Assembly: GCA_051362555.1 (NCBI GenBank) | Contig: CM120643.1 | Location: forward strand, 9,052,001-9,116,000 | Reading direction: 5' to 3' | Length of the DNA: 64,000 bases | Origin: Lingula anatina | Taxonomy: Eukaryota > Animalia > Brachiopoda | Shown here: positions 13,865 to 26,760 of the stretch, piece by piece | Layout: each line of letters opens with the position of its first letter | Numbering within the stretch: the first letter of the stretch is position 1 | Position numbers and translations under genes: made by a program | Notes under the pieces: generated by a model | The model's database searches: none | What the model saw: the letters and a program-made list of their open reading frames with translations, nothing else | What the model was told of the DNA's origin: nothing

Positions 13865-14489
13865 GCTGGCACTTACAGCTTGTACGTTGTCAGAATCTTG
13901 TCAGTTCCGCTTGAAGAGTTAATTAGTCAACCTAACCTGATGCAAAGATATCAGCAGTATAATCTTCAATCTGCTAGGCTGGAAACAAGAAGTCATACAA
14001 CTCCTTGCTACAACTAAGCTATTATAGTCTATAATCTCATGCTTTGTTCAAGTACAGTGTTTTCTGTTGCTTGTTATTGTAACTCCATGATAGTTTGACA
14101 ATTCTGATATAATATTTTGATCACGAGGGGAAATGATTTATTTAATGCTTATTTTACTGTTGGTAGGGTGCATTTCCCCCGTTTTTTTTATATTCAGTGA
14201 CAAGCAAACTAAAGTCGCCCAAAAACAATTAACTGCTCTATACAGATGATTATTATAATTTTTTACATCGTTATACTCGTAGGAGATAAATCAAAGAACA
14301 AAACTATTGATGACTGAATTTTCAAAGTGGGTACAATGATTCACAGCTAGACGTTTTGCATTTGTGACAGTGAAGTATGTTCCTTTTTGGGGATAGACGA
14401 TTGTTCATGGTTCCAGGAGAGTGAAACTTTGATACAGACTTCTTCATGTAGGACCCTAAAATATTCATACATAGTTTGCAGACTAAAAA

Positions 14490-16200
14490 TTTTTAAGAGC
14501 AGGCCTGTGACCTCAATTGCACCTCTAAACTGGGTTAGGGTGAACAATGTTTCCGCCCCGGTCGGTTTCTATAAGCCGACAGGGTTTTCACAAAATTGAG
14601 CTACCACTTGAATTTCTTGTGCATAACCGTAAAGTGCGTTAAGTTCAGTCAAGTGCTACTTGTCACCTACATATAGGACAACTTTCTTCGTACAAGGTGA
14701 CACCTACAATATGTAAGTGTGAAATCGCACCCAGTGGGAAAAGCAAGGGGTATGTCTGACGAGGAACACATTTGCCTGATAATCTCAAATCCCACAGAGG
14801 TCCTTTGTAGAATTTTGTAAACGTTACAGGTAGAAAACCCTCTGGTTGAGAGTTAAAGCATGTAGCACTCATGTTGTTGTTTTTTCATAATGCAAATATG
14901 TTCAAAACAAATATGTTTCAAATGATGCTCCATGTTACATAAAATTAGTGTTTATATTTAATAATATTTAACTGAGTAACACTCACAGTAACAATGCGTA
15001 TACCTTCGTTCCGGTTTTTGTCTCCTCCTCCATTGGTTATTGTGCCTCCCTGGAAAGTCCAATAAATGCGAGTGTCACCGCCTTCAACAATCTGGCTGTA
15101 ATATCCTGTAGTTTCAGCAGTTCTTTATTGGGTGGTTAATAGCTTATTACGCATGCGCAATCTGCAAAAGAGAGCATTGCAGCAGAGTGAAACAACAAGT
15201 GTAATATTAGTGCAGGGCAGTTTTTGTCATTTCTTGTTTTAAAACGTGTTAATCCATAATCAGCCTCCTGTTGTTGTATTCCCTCTACCATGCTCCAATG
15301 ACAAGTTTTTAAAATCCAGAACCTACGTAGGAAATGATACCAATCCCTACAACCTGTACTTGGGATTCTAATCCAACACACGTTTTAACACATCAAACAT
15401 CAGGGATATAGGGAAATAGCGGATGGCGTGTTTTAGATCCCATTCCCATACTTAGATCGATCTAAAAGGATCTTTGGGGCCATTCAGAATAGAAGATCCG
15501 ATTTTCAACTGGTCCAAGGCTCAAATATGGCGGACCCTACATGAAAGGTCGAATGGAACCGAGATTTAATTACTGTTCCCCTGCAGAGACGACGCGGGGG
15601 GGGGGGGGGGGGGGGGCGTGTGGGAGGCGGCGAGACCATTAGAGGATTAAGCTATCTTCCTTTCACGTAGGGTTCGCCGTATTTGAGCCTTGGACAAGTT
15701 GATACTCGGATCTTTCATTCTGAATGGCCCCTTAGTGATATTGCCTCTTAAACAAGGGTGTCATTCTGATACACTGTACAAGCGGGTGCTACTGAAAGTG
15801 ACGGCGTGTCGTTTCATGAAGATCATATAAATCCAATATTATACAACGCAAACAGAGATGGTATTGTCGATCATGAGAATTCCTGCATCCTTTGTTCACA
15901 TTTAATCTACGGCCCAAATACAGGTATATTATCTTCTAACCTAGATTTAATCAAATGTAAATGACAGTAAATATTGTACAGTATACCGGTTCTTTTAGTT
16001 TAAAGTTAACAATTTTGTAGCTACAATGTACATTGTACAGCTGTATGTACAGTGGACTAGGAGTGCTTGTAACTGCGGACACAAAATACACATTGTGTGC
16101 GAATGTCATTGTAACTGCAGGCCTTGGAGGATTCGTTTGTTTTATTCGTCTTTGGACTCGTTTGGCGGTTCGAACAATATAGGATAATTACAATCGTATT
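14490..16200. repeat. Duplicated segment 3' of oxidase copy 3
   Basis: Paralogous to 440-2225; carries a MITE insertion at ~15436-15731 that is absent at ~1540. Confidence 0.85.
15476..15731. mobile_element. Palindromic MITE (family A-related), preceded by a ~40-bp remnant of family B
   Basis: TIRs GGGGCCATTCAGAAT...ATTCTGAATGGCCCC with long internal arms and a poly-G run. The composite insertion is bounded by TTA, and the empty site (gctttagtgac) is at ~1535-1545. Confidence 0.8.
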
Positions 16201-16250
16201 TGAACGTTCGTAGTTAACGGATTTATCTATAATCCCCCCACCACCACCAC

Positions 16251-16300
<50 letters not shown>

Positions 16301-16956
16301 TGCTCCTCTTACAAGCGAATAAATTTTAGCAATCCGTGTATATGTTGCCTGTCAAATGTAAACGCCTTGTACCTGCTCGAATATCCACTGGACATATGCC
16401 ATGATGGTTTAAAACTTGACTCTTAGTAATAGGGTGGTAACAAAACCTGATAAGCATTGAGCCTAAACTTGTCTGCCAGTTATATATTCTCTAATCAGTT
16501 TCAATCCGGACCCACCTCACTAAACCGAGACCATGGCCTCTAAGGTCGTGACCAAAATCCATAGATGGTTGACCATAGATTTGACTAATGTTTTACAGTT
16601 TTCCAAGTAACGAATAACTATGTTTTATTATTTGTCTAGAGACACTGAATACCTTCTTTCAAAGGATTTTAATAATTGATTAATGATTATTACGGTTTCT
16701 TTCATATCAAATTGACGGCTGTTTGATAAAAAGTGAAGATATAATACCAAATGCATTTATACCAGTATGAGGGCTGCTGAGTTTCATCTGTACACCATAT
16801 GCATGTTGCACTGACATGCCATTATGCATGTTATCATTTATGCATACATAAAAGAACATGTCAATTTTTGACAAAATCTCTGAAATTACTTTTTTAATTT
16901 AGAAAGGACGTGACCTTTTGATTTTGATTTGCAATTTTGATTTTTGATATTATTAT

Positions 16957-19736
16957 TTAAAATGTTTTGTGGGTACTTGAATCCACTCCAAATTTTTGAA
17001 GTATTCTGGTAGCTTCGCGAACGCCAGACTCGCGCGCTCCATGCATTGTAGAATGGTACTTTGTATGAGTGGCTTCGCCAGCGAAAAGGACTCTTAATCG
17101 ACCATTGGGGTCCGTCAAGGGTTCGGCTAGAGAGCTAAAGTGACTGGCATCTGACTGCATTCCCGGGCACGAGTACGAGCCCAGTGTGTGCAGGTTGGTG
17201 CCCCAGGTTGACCAAATCACCCTAGAAGGTTTCGGGATAGAGGGGTCTCCGAGGAACTGGCGTAGAAGGCTGGTGCAGGTTTCTGAAATGTCTTCCTCAG
17301 AAAGGTGCTCCATGTGATACGCCTCGTTGCATGAGATCCACACGCAGAGACAACTAGGGTTGAAATAGACGTCATCAAAGGAAAATATTCTCTTGTACCA
17401 CTGGCTCTTTGGGTCAGTGATGACAGCCTCATCGTCGTCCCACGCAAGCTTGACACTGCCAAAACCTACTTCAGAAGACCAAAATGGACGGTCATAGTGA
17501 AGAAATATTTTGTCTACTAACCCAAAATCCAAGCCATCAATCGCTTTGATTTTGTCATGTGGAAGGGATGGTTGGAAAAGATTTCGGTGATGTTCTTTTA
17601 GATATCCCAACGACACCGTGACAACGACACATTTTGCTCGATAGATGTCTCCACTGGAACACCTGACTTCAACTAGATCATCTCCCCAGCTGATCGAGGT
17701 CGCCTGCTTTTCAATGTTAAGCCTCCCCTCACATCTAAAGCGAGATACCATTGCATTAACTAACGACCTCGTGCCCTTTGGAATGAGTACGTCCCCTCCT
17801 TCTATTTCGGGAGCCATACTGCATAAGTCGAGCGGAATGTGGGCGATTTCCCCTCCCCAATGAAATCGTAGATAGTTGGAAAAACAGCTGAAGATAGAGA
17901 TTACATCTGCTCTCTCAGCTACTGGAAACTTTGTAAGGTTTTCTTGTAATCTCTTGACATAATAGTCTTTCATGGTGAAAAAGGTTTTATCTCCTTTATT
18001 GGGGCATGGATGTCCTGTTTCCACTTCGGCCTCGATCTCTTTAAAGAGAGTCCAGACTTTGGCACCCAGTTCTTTATCAATTTGTCTGCCATTACTCCTG
18101 TAGAAATATCCACGGGCCCTGCAAATAATAATCAAAAAGAGTACATTATACGCCTTTATCATATAGCTATTCTTATAGAGGTTTGTCAAAAGATCGAGAT
18201 TAAACCATAAAACAACGATTCTTATAGCGCTGTTTATCAATTTGGTTTCCTATAAGTAACTAGGAAATCAAAGATCACCGACAAAGCAGCTTAATTCTCA
18301 TTATAACTAATAATTCATTTAATCATTTTTAGGAATTTTATCGATTCTAAGTGGACCATTTCTGACCTATCTTGAAAAAATCAAACATTTCAACTCTAGG
18401 CAAACAGAACCAAAAGCATGGCAATCGGCGGAGGCAATCGTTCGAAAGCGGCATTCTGGGTGTAAGGTTTCAAATGTATAGACATACAGTACTGACAAAG
18501 ATCATGGGTGAGATAACCTTCTTGTGTAAAGGGGGATTTGGGGCTTTGAAGGGTGAGCAGCGTTGCCTACAAAGCTGTGTTTATTGACTCCATGCAAATT
18601 GGCCATTTTGTTGTCCATCATATCTACATAAAACCTTTGCAGTGGAATCTAAAATAAATATGTAACCTGTTCATCAGTTGATGCTTGTTGGCCAAATCAT
18701 TCTCTTCTGCCAGCACCATGATGGAGTTCTCTGAAGTGGTGCCATGGATCCAGTTGGCACCAAGTTCTACAAATGAGCTTCCGAAGTCTACAGTGCGGCA
18801 CCTACCGCCGATCCTGCGAATTAACCAAGAAAATCATTGTCAAACGGAAAAACGCTCAGACTTTTATATTATACTGTCTGTTTCATACAACAAGATCGAT
18901 AAGCTCTTGAAAAGGGAGAGGGTTCAGAAAGGCTCTCAAATCATAATTTAAAATGTTTCAAATCTAACTATGACCACGGAACATGGTTTGATCGACTTAA
19001 TTACTAGAAAACAAAGAGACGTACATTTGTTGTCTTTGGTGTCTTTCCCCCCTTAATTAACCCTTTTCATGGTGCTCAGCACAAATTAAGACACCAAAGT
19101 CACATGGTAGCTTGTTTATTTTAAACATATTGAAAATAAAACTATTTTACTTGAAATTATTGTAAATGCAACTTAAAGAAGATATATCTGACTGTCTTGT
19201 GCCGTAAATTTCATTTTAAAAGCAAACACTGTCAGAGTCGGTTTGGCCTCCAATAATGATATGGACATGCATTACAGGCACAGTTAAGCCACAGTAAAAG
19301 CACTCTGAGAATTATCTTAAAGAAAAATTGATTAATTTGGTACGGGGAATGTATATGTATTTCAGTCCTCTCCTCGCTTTAAATCTACCCCCCCTGCTCC
19401 GTTTTATTGCGCCAAACATTACCAGTATTAGTATTACATTCTATACTATATAATTGTTCTTTATCCTCACGGTTAGCGACACCACACCTCTTGTAACGGG
19501 TAGTTAGCGCATCCACATTTATCACAAACACGGTGTGTATATACCCGGTACATCAGGTACATAAACATGTACATGTGCTTGAATTCACTGTACCTGTTAC
19601 TAGCTTCAAGTATCAGGAAGTCCTCAAATCCCGCTGCTGTGAGGGTCTCCGCCACAGTAAGTCCAGCAATTCCTGCCCCAATGATGACCACGCCGTACAC
19701 CTTGTCTTGGCTCTCGTCTGTACTGTTTGAAGACAT
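16957..19736 (-). CDS. Spermine/polyamine oxidase-like flavin amine oxidase, copy 3 (3 coding exons, ~483 aa)
   Basis: Exons 19736-19594, 18813-18667 and 18118-16957. Exon 3 is nearly identical to copy 2 except for the C-terminal ~12 aa. Confidence 0.92.
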
Positions 19737-20462
19737 GGTGGGATCTACTAGTACAGCATATCCTCAGACAGTCTGAGTTCTCTGTAGCTTGTGCTGCGGT
19801 GTATCGATCTGAGCTAAAACAAATTGCTCTCTAAGATCTGACCTTTGGACCCCAGTTATATAACTGAGGGTATCATAGTGTTTGCCTACCCTCATTTAGG
19901 TGATAAGCATATGACATAGGCCACACAGATGGCTTGGATACACAAGGACACATTTACTTTAGATTGTCGGCATGGGGTATCTGTAGGAAAATGAAAGCTT
20001 GTCTGCAACGTCTCTTATGCAATGCACGTACATGTACTAGTATAATGATTCGTGACTTAACACTCAAGTAAAAAGCTTTATAGGATGCGGGGACTTGGAT
20101 GACGAGGTGCGATATTTTATTTCCATGCTGTACCGACATTATGTTTGCACGCGTAAATTTACACGAGTCTGATTCAGACGCTTGAGGGCAAAAGTTTGCA
20201 GTCAGCACTTAAATCAACAATTAGCATTCGTGGTGGAAATACAACCATTCCCTTTTAATGCCGACGAACACATTTTTAGCACTTCGTGCATCTGTTGCAT
20301 GTGAAGGCGACACCTGCTCGGATATTCACTGCAAAGATCACGGCACGACCCTTAGTAAGAGAGTGAATAAGAAACAGACTCATTGCGCCTTTTGGGAAAT
20401 GAGTCACCAGGGGGTAATGGAATATCAATCAAAATGGGGATATAGGAGTAAGTCTGTACTCT

Positions 20463-20630
20463 CAGGCCCGTAGCCAGCAATTTCAAAAGGGGGGTTCTTT
20501 TTCTGAAAAAGTGGAGCTTTTCCCATAAAAACATAATATACCTAGTTCAATTTTTACCCAGAGTGGACCTTATCCCAGCAAAAGGGGCGGTTCTTTCGAA
20601 CCCCCCGAACCCCCCCTGGCTACGGGCCTG
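20463..20630. mobile_element. MITE with CAGGCCCGTAGCCAG TIRs
   Basis: Perfect 15-bp TIRs CAGGCCCGTAGCCAG/CTGGCTACGGGCCTG with flanking direct repeat ACTCT. Confidence 0.8.
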
Positions 20631-21511
20631 ACTCTAGTACAGTACTTGGAACCAAGTACAGTATAACCACATTAAGCTGGGTAATTCTCACCCATACTAG
20701 GTCCTCATGTGACTACAGGCAATGGTTTGTTGTGTACATAATCCAAACCTGTTTTTGACATGCTCCATAATCTTGCGTGTCTTGTCTTAATGCATTTCTT
20801 TCAAACAAAATCCGTTGCCATAAAGATACTGAGCCATGCACCTGACTCATCAACCAAAGTCTCAAAGCAAAGAATAACTCTATCATCTTATTTAGATGTC
20901 ACGATAACTGCTTACATATTATTCCGTAGCTGTAAGTAATAAAGGTCAAAACACCTTACTTTATTTTTTTAATATGGTTGCACTTGTGATGTTTAGTTTC
21001 CGTATTCAAAAGACACTTATTATATGACCTGTCAAACATTAAGACAAGACAAATGACAACCAAATGCTTCTTCCTTACGCACTGGTTTTGAGATTCCCGC
21101 GGAAAGTTCATTTACAATACATTTGAACGAAAATTCTGCATTGCAGAGGTGTTTTACATATGGTTTTATTTGCTAACTCCTGATATCGATACATAATAAT
21201 CAAAAATAAGGGACACGTGTCCAATACGTGTATCAGCATACAAACTGGCTTATCGTACTTTCACACATTATTTACAAGTTCTACTATAAATGGCTTCTAC
21301 TTTAAATGCAGCGGGATCTTTCGACCCTCGTGAAAATATGTAATAAAGATCGCACACTCTAACTTGCCCCAGCCGTAGTCAAAACATATCTCAACACTAA
21401 CATTAAATACGATATAAGATACATTTGTTCTTATATATTTATATGAATTACGTAAATAATTGCAGTAATATTTTTGCTGCTAGACAGTCTAATTAATTTA
21501 AGACTTACACT

Positions 21512-21773
21512 GGGTTCCCATACCCACATCGATCTAACAGATCGATCCGTCTCCGAGGGGGTTCTCTGTAAATTGCTTTCAGCTTAAGCGGCTTTCATGT
21601 CTGGCACGCCTACTGAAGTTGCTAAACGATAATTAATTACCCCCCAGCAACTTCAGTTGACGTGACAGAAATCTAAGCCGTTTAAGCTGATTGCAATTTA
21701 GTGAGGACCCCCCCCCCCCCCCCCGGAGATAGATCAATCCACAGTTATTACGATAGGGTCTGGGAACGGTCCC
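21512..21773. mobile_element. Palindromic MITE (family B-related)
   Basis: Inverted arms (taaattgc..tcagcttaa.cggctt..actgaagttgct / agcaacttcagt..aagccgtttaagctga.tgcaattta) and gatcgatc motifs shared with 37219-37432. Confidence 0.7.
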
Positions 21774-22436
21774 TTAACTTGTACAGATAGGCCCATCTTT
21801 CTGCCACCAGCTGCATTACAAGTGATCATCTCTCAGTTTTTATGTTTGAGACGGCATAAGACAATGAGTGGTTGATAATTTCATTTTACGGCCATTTATA
21901 TGGCGTCGAGGCCGTAGGCTGTATTACATATCCATGCTTCTTTGCAGCTTGTGCCGATTGTCTTATTTCAGGAAGACGAATTTGGCGATATATTAGAAAT
22001 ATATTGTGCAAGCCATAGGCCGATGGAATTTCAGCTTACTTCAAGGCGACGTAGAAAATGGATGAGTAATTTGCAATCCCATGTCATTTAAAAGTCAACT
22101 GGGGGCTGGAGATAATTATAAACCATCCTTTTGTAATTATTGATACCATATCTGATCAATGTGATCTGCACATGTTTGTGCTTCCAGAGTAGAAAAAGTA
22201 AATTCATCCAGAAAATGTGAACATCATCAATTTCGTAGATTCACATTTACGTCAGTGTACTAATTAGTTAAGACAATGCTATTCAAAACAAAACCAGCAT
22301 GTCCACCATCCTGTGCAAGCGTCAACCACAATGTGACAGTTGTCCTTTGGATCATTTGTGCCAAAAATACAGCAGTTTGCAGTTAATCATCAGTATAGGT
22401 TTGATGTAATGATTATTGATGATCAAAAACATCCGT

Positions 22437-23811
22437 TCATCTTTTTCCGCGCTTGCAGCAAAGGCAGCAGACGGTCACCGACAGGATGACGATGAAGACC
22501 ATCACTGCGCAGACAATGCCGATGAACCCGCCGATTCCAAGCTGAAACAGGCTCCCGATGATAATTTCCCAATCTGAAATTAAATAAAAACTATTTAGAT
22601 TAAATTTTGTCATGAAATTATAAAAATACATGCGTACGTTTTAAGACGAGATTGGTAAAAAATACTATGTGTATAATGACATTGATGATGTAAATAAAAA
22701 CATTCTGTCAAAGTAGTATTACTCCAGATCAACCTAGAATATCCATATACATCAGGTCCTTAAAGCTGACATCCCTCGGCAAAACAATAACATGAAGCAA
22801 CAATATTAATCTGCTTTAAAATAATGCTAGTAATAAATCTAATACCAGCATTAAGCATAGGTGAGGTAATGTTAACTTAAACCTACATCCCATACTTGTG
22901 AGGTATTAAAAAATGTCTTATCCTCATGAAATGTATGACTCCTGATCTCGCAACAACAACAACAACAACAACAGCAACCTCTGTATTCAGTTAACGGGTG
23001 AGGATTCTGCATCATTTTCTGAGAATCAAAAACTCCTACCTTTCTTTCTAAATTGCTGGCATCAGACAAAAATATTTAAAACCACCTCCCCCACCTCCCC
23101 GTATTGACACCTGACGACAGGTGGCTACATACCTCAGAGTTTATAATATTTCAAACTACAGCATTATACATGAAAAACTGTCTCTACAGTTACACACATG
23201 TAAATCAGCCTTAGTCATTAAATCAGGTCCGTAGCCGGGGGAAAAGGGGGGGGGGGTCCAAAGAATGACCTTTTTGCTGGAAAAATGTCCACTCTGTGTT
23301 GATTTGATCTAAGTTAACACAGGTTTCATGAAAAAAAGGTCCACATTTTCAGAAAAATTAACCCCCCTTTTGCAATTGCTGGCTAAGGGCCTGTTAAATT
23401 GACATTATTTGGGTTTCTTGTCTACTTTCAATTAACTGGTTTTAAGTCATATGTTATTTGAAGATAATTCATCGAAGATAATTCATGACAAAAGATATTT
23501 AATGGCAGGTGCCTACTAGTGCACATCTCTTCGTCCTCTCCCGCGTTGCACTGGTGTATTCCATCACACCGCAATCTGGCGTCTATACACCTGTTCTCTG
23601 CCTTACAGTCAAACTCCTGATCCAAGCACGGCGCTGGAATATAGGGAATAATGTGACAGGTGTGACAGGTGTGCATGTCATAATAACAACGTTATTGAGG
23701 AGAGAGAGAGAGAGAGAGAGTAAGGGAGAAGGAAGAAAAGTGAATTTTTTGTCGAGGACATCTATGTTAGTGTAAAATAATGTACAGAGAAAAGTAAATG
23801 TCAAGTTATGT

Positions 23812-23875
<64 letters not shown>

Positions 23876-24748
23876 GTGTATAGAAGTAAATTTCAAACAA
23901 AAATTACGCTTTTACTTCCTCGACTTAATTAATGAACACACATCATTATCAATCGATGATAATTATTCTAATAAGGGGCAAACCAGTTTATTCACACTCT
24001 CCGTACATTATTTTCATCTGATTTTTTTATGAAAAAGTAAAGATAAACCATTAGAATTTCATAAAATTAATTTGGTACATGTACTAGTAGGAGTAGTAGT
24101 AGGAGTAGAAGTCACAAATGCACGGAAGCCTTTTCGGAGGGGAAAGTTTTGGTCCATAAAATTAAACACACTCACGTGGTCCTGTCTTCACCGCCAAAAA
24201 GACGAACCCTTTGGCTTCTGCCTTGTTGTCGGTAGAGAACACAAGAGTGGTGTATCTCTGCGTGGAGCGGTCCCTGACGTTAGGGAAACTCGTGCCGCAG
24301 AATCTTCCCAGCAGAGCCAACCGGTTGTTAGCGTCTGCGGCGTCGTAGATATCTAAGTAATCCGTGCAATTGCGGCCGACAGGGAATTGCAGAGAAAATT
24401 TTTCGAATATTATCTTGTATCTGAAATGATGTATCTAAAATTATTCCATATGTCTCATGATAAAAGGGAATTACTACGTACTCATTTATGTTTAGGTCTA
24501 CATTTTTAGATATTTTATTCGATGATGGATTTTGTCAAATGAGCATTTCAATTGTTTTCAAATGTACTTTCACCTCTAAAAATCCCGAAACAATCTACAT
24601 GATTTTCAATACGGCATGTTAACACATAAACGCGAAGCTAAATTCTGTACGCTATTTTGACCATCTGTTTTATTTCCAATTGCTACTATCCATAATGATG
24701 ATAATAATATCATAAACAAAGAGTCAACGCTGGTAGGCCCCACTCAAA

Positions 24749-24835
<87 letters not shown>

Positions 24836-26521
24836 TTGAGTATATATATATATATATATACAGACTTGACATTTAATATGGAATATTTCAGTTTCGAAGG
24901 TATACCTAGTTAAAAATAAGTTATTTTTTCAAAAAACTCCGATCTCATATAAGATTTGTGAATGTAAAAGTGTGCAGTCAGGTGTGTCACTACCAATTAA
25001 CTGACTTTCATGCCTGTTGCGCTGCTACATTATGTAATTTGCAGTGATTTAATTAGGTAGTGTTCCTTTGGGCTGATCAAAGCTTGGCTTAGGCAAAGCT
25101 TGGTTCTGGTAAAAAAGTATCCATATTTCGGCAACTACTGCATAGAAGAATTTGAAATTTTGCATGCAAGCGGTCAGTTTTGCAGTGCATAAGATGAGTC
25201 AAGTAGTGCATTACAAATCTGTTAATCTAAGGCAGAATGGCGCGAAAAAGACAGACATAAGCAGACAGATCATAGCGCCAAACGGAACGGTCCCCACAGT
25301 TTTATAGAGTAATGCCCAGACTGATGTACCTACACAGAGGTCACCCCCAATGTATCAAAATTTTACCTACAGGATACAGGACCCACTGTCTTTCGGGATA
25401 CGCTGCTGCAACTAAACAAAAAACACTTAGTCCGTTCAGAACGAGGGGTAAATTGCCACTAAAATGCGTTTTTCAAAGCCCTTAGCGAACACCAAACTGG
25501 TTTTAGCAGGTAAGAACACCAAATGACCTCCGAAGTACCCACTGTATACAGCAAAACATCGTCGTCTGTTTCTCTAATGAATTGGGGGCCATGAACGATT
25601 CTGGGTAGAACACTGAAACTGCGTGGCTTTCTTTATTGAGGTCAGATTTCACCTGTACCGCCCAATTAGTCAAAACAGAGTTTACAGATATCCAGAAGAG
25701 GCCTACGACGAAGCATATGCAGGATCTAAAGTGACAAGGGTGGTTGACAGCGTCAGTATTTGGAGTAGATTCCACATTGGTGCCAAAACACCAATGGTAG
25801 TCATCGACGAAAACCTGAACCAGATCAAATAAAGGAATAATCTCGGAACCACTTGACTATCATTTGATAGGGGGCACCTTAGGAACAATTCTAGGTTGCA
25901 CGATGAGGTTGCAGGTTCACACAGAGCACTTTTAATGGCAGATAACTTACAGAACCAAGGGAATGAGCAGCTACCCTGGTCATCAAAATCGCCACATTTG
26001 AACCACATAGACAAAATTTCGGTAGACCATTACTCACTAATCAACTGCCTACATGTCCTACAACAAAACTGGACCAGATTGGACAATTTTAGACCGATGC
26101 CTGGAATGCTATTCCAGATTTAACTCTAAAAACCTACCCCCAAGAAATGCCTTGCCGCTTGAGAGCGCTGGCAACAGCCAGAAAGAGGCCAGGCGTAACA
26201 AGACCATTACTGTGACCAGCAACTGACATGAGGGTCTTTTGTGGAGCGTATTACCCTTTTACAGACGATAATTTGGAAAATGTGGAGATCCAAAATATCT
26301 CTTTTAATGGGAGTCGTATGACATAGAATAGGCAATGTGTTTTTGTTTGCTTCTCTGGCGAATTCCATTAATGAAATGATGTTACAATGACATCAAAGAG
26401 ATAATTTAAAGTTATTAAAACACGATTTTAATCCTTATTTTCATTTATCAGTCAGCAAAATAGGAAAAAACTGATAAAAAATTATTTCGAAAAAAATATT
26501 CCATATTAAATGTCAAGTCTG

Positions 26522-26593
<72 letters not shown>

Positions 26594-26760
26594 AAACCTG
26601 AACCCTTCCCCTGCGTCCAGCACAACCTTGCACCAGTTCTTGGAGGCGTAGTTGGCCAGCCCCAAGGTGTCCGCATGCGACATGAGGCGCATGCACACGT
26701 CCGTCAGTGTCTGTCCACATACGCCGTTAAACGCTTCTTGCTGATGGACGTCCATGTAAA
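22437..26760 (-). CDS. CUB domain + LDL-receptor class A domain + single transmembrane protein (5' signal-peptide exon not located)
   Basis: Exons 26760-26598 (YMDVHQQEAFNGVCGQ..NYASKNWCKVVLDAGEGFR), 24420-24176 (YKIIFEKFSLQ..NCTDYLDIYD..GRFCG..LVFSTDNKAEAKGF, CUB), 23633-23517 (CLDQEFDCKAENRCIDARLRCDGIHQCNAGEDEEMC, LDLa) and 22573-22437 (hydrophobic GIGGFIGIVCAVMVFIVILSVTV then CCLCCKRGKR-stop). All junctions are GT-AG and phase-compatible. Confidence 0.88.
23224..23393. mobile_element. Second copy (opposite orientation) of the CAGGCCCGTAGCC MITE, in the last intron of the CUB-LDLa gene
   Basis: CAGGTCCGTAGCC...GGCTAAGGGCCTG, flanking direct repeat TTAAAT; the interior matches the reverse complement of 20463-20630. 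Confidence 0.75.
24752..24860. repeat. (TA)n microsatellite, target of the Tc1 insertion
   Basis: Directly visible; abuts the TIR at 24861. Confidence 0.9.
24861..26521 (+). mobile_element. Tc1/mariner element, family 1, with decayed transposase (inside a CUB gene intron)
   Basis: 28-bp TIRs CAGACTTGACATTTAATATGGAATATTT flanked by TA. Remnant peptides VSIWSRFHIGAKTPMVVIDENLN and LPWSSKSPHLNHID match the Tc1 WPxxSPDLNPIE motif. Confidence 0.9.
26522..26590. repeat. Compound (TA)(CA)(GA) microsatellite; similar tracts at 1944-1988, 23701-23875, 30157-30230 and 43909-43946
   Basis: Directly visible. Confidence 0.9.

Noticed and set aside
18119-18240. Hydrophobic N-terminal extension of the 427-aa ORF (apparent signal or TM segment on oxidase 3)
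   Set aside because: It is intron 2 read-through; the acceptor at 18119-18120 matches the other copies and the true N-terminus is in upstream exons.
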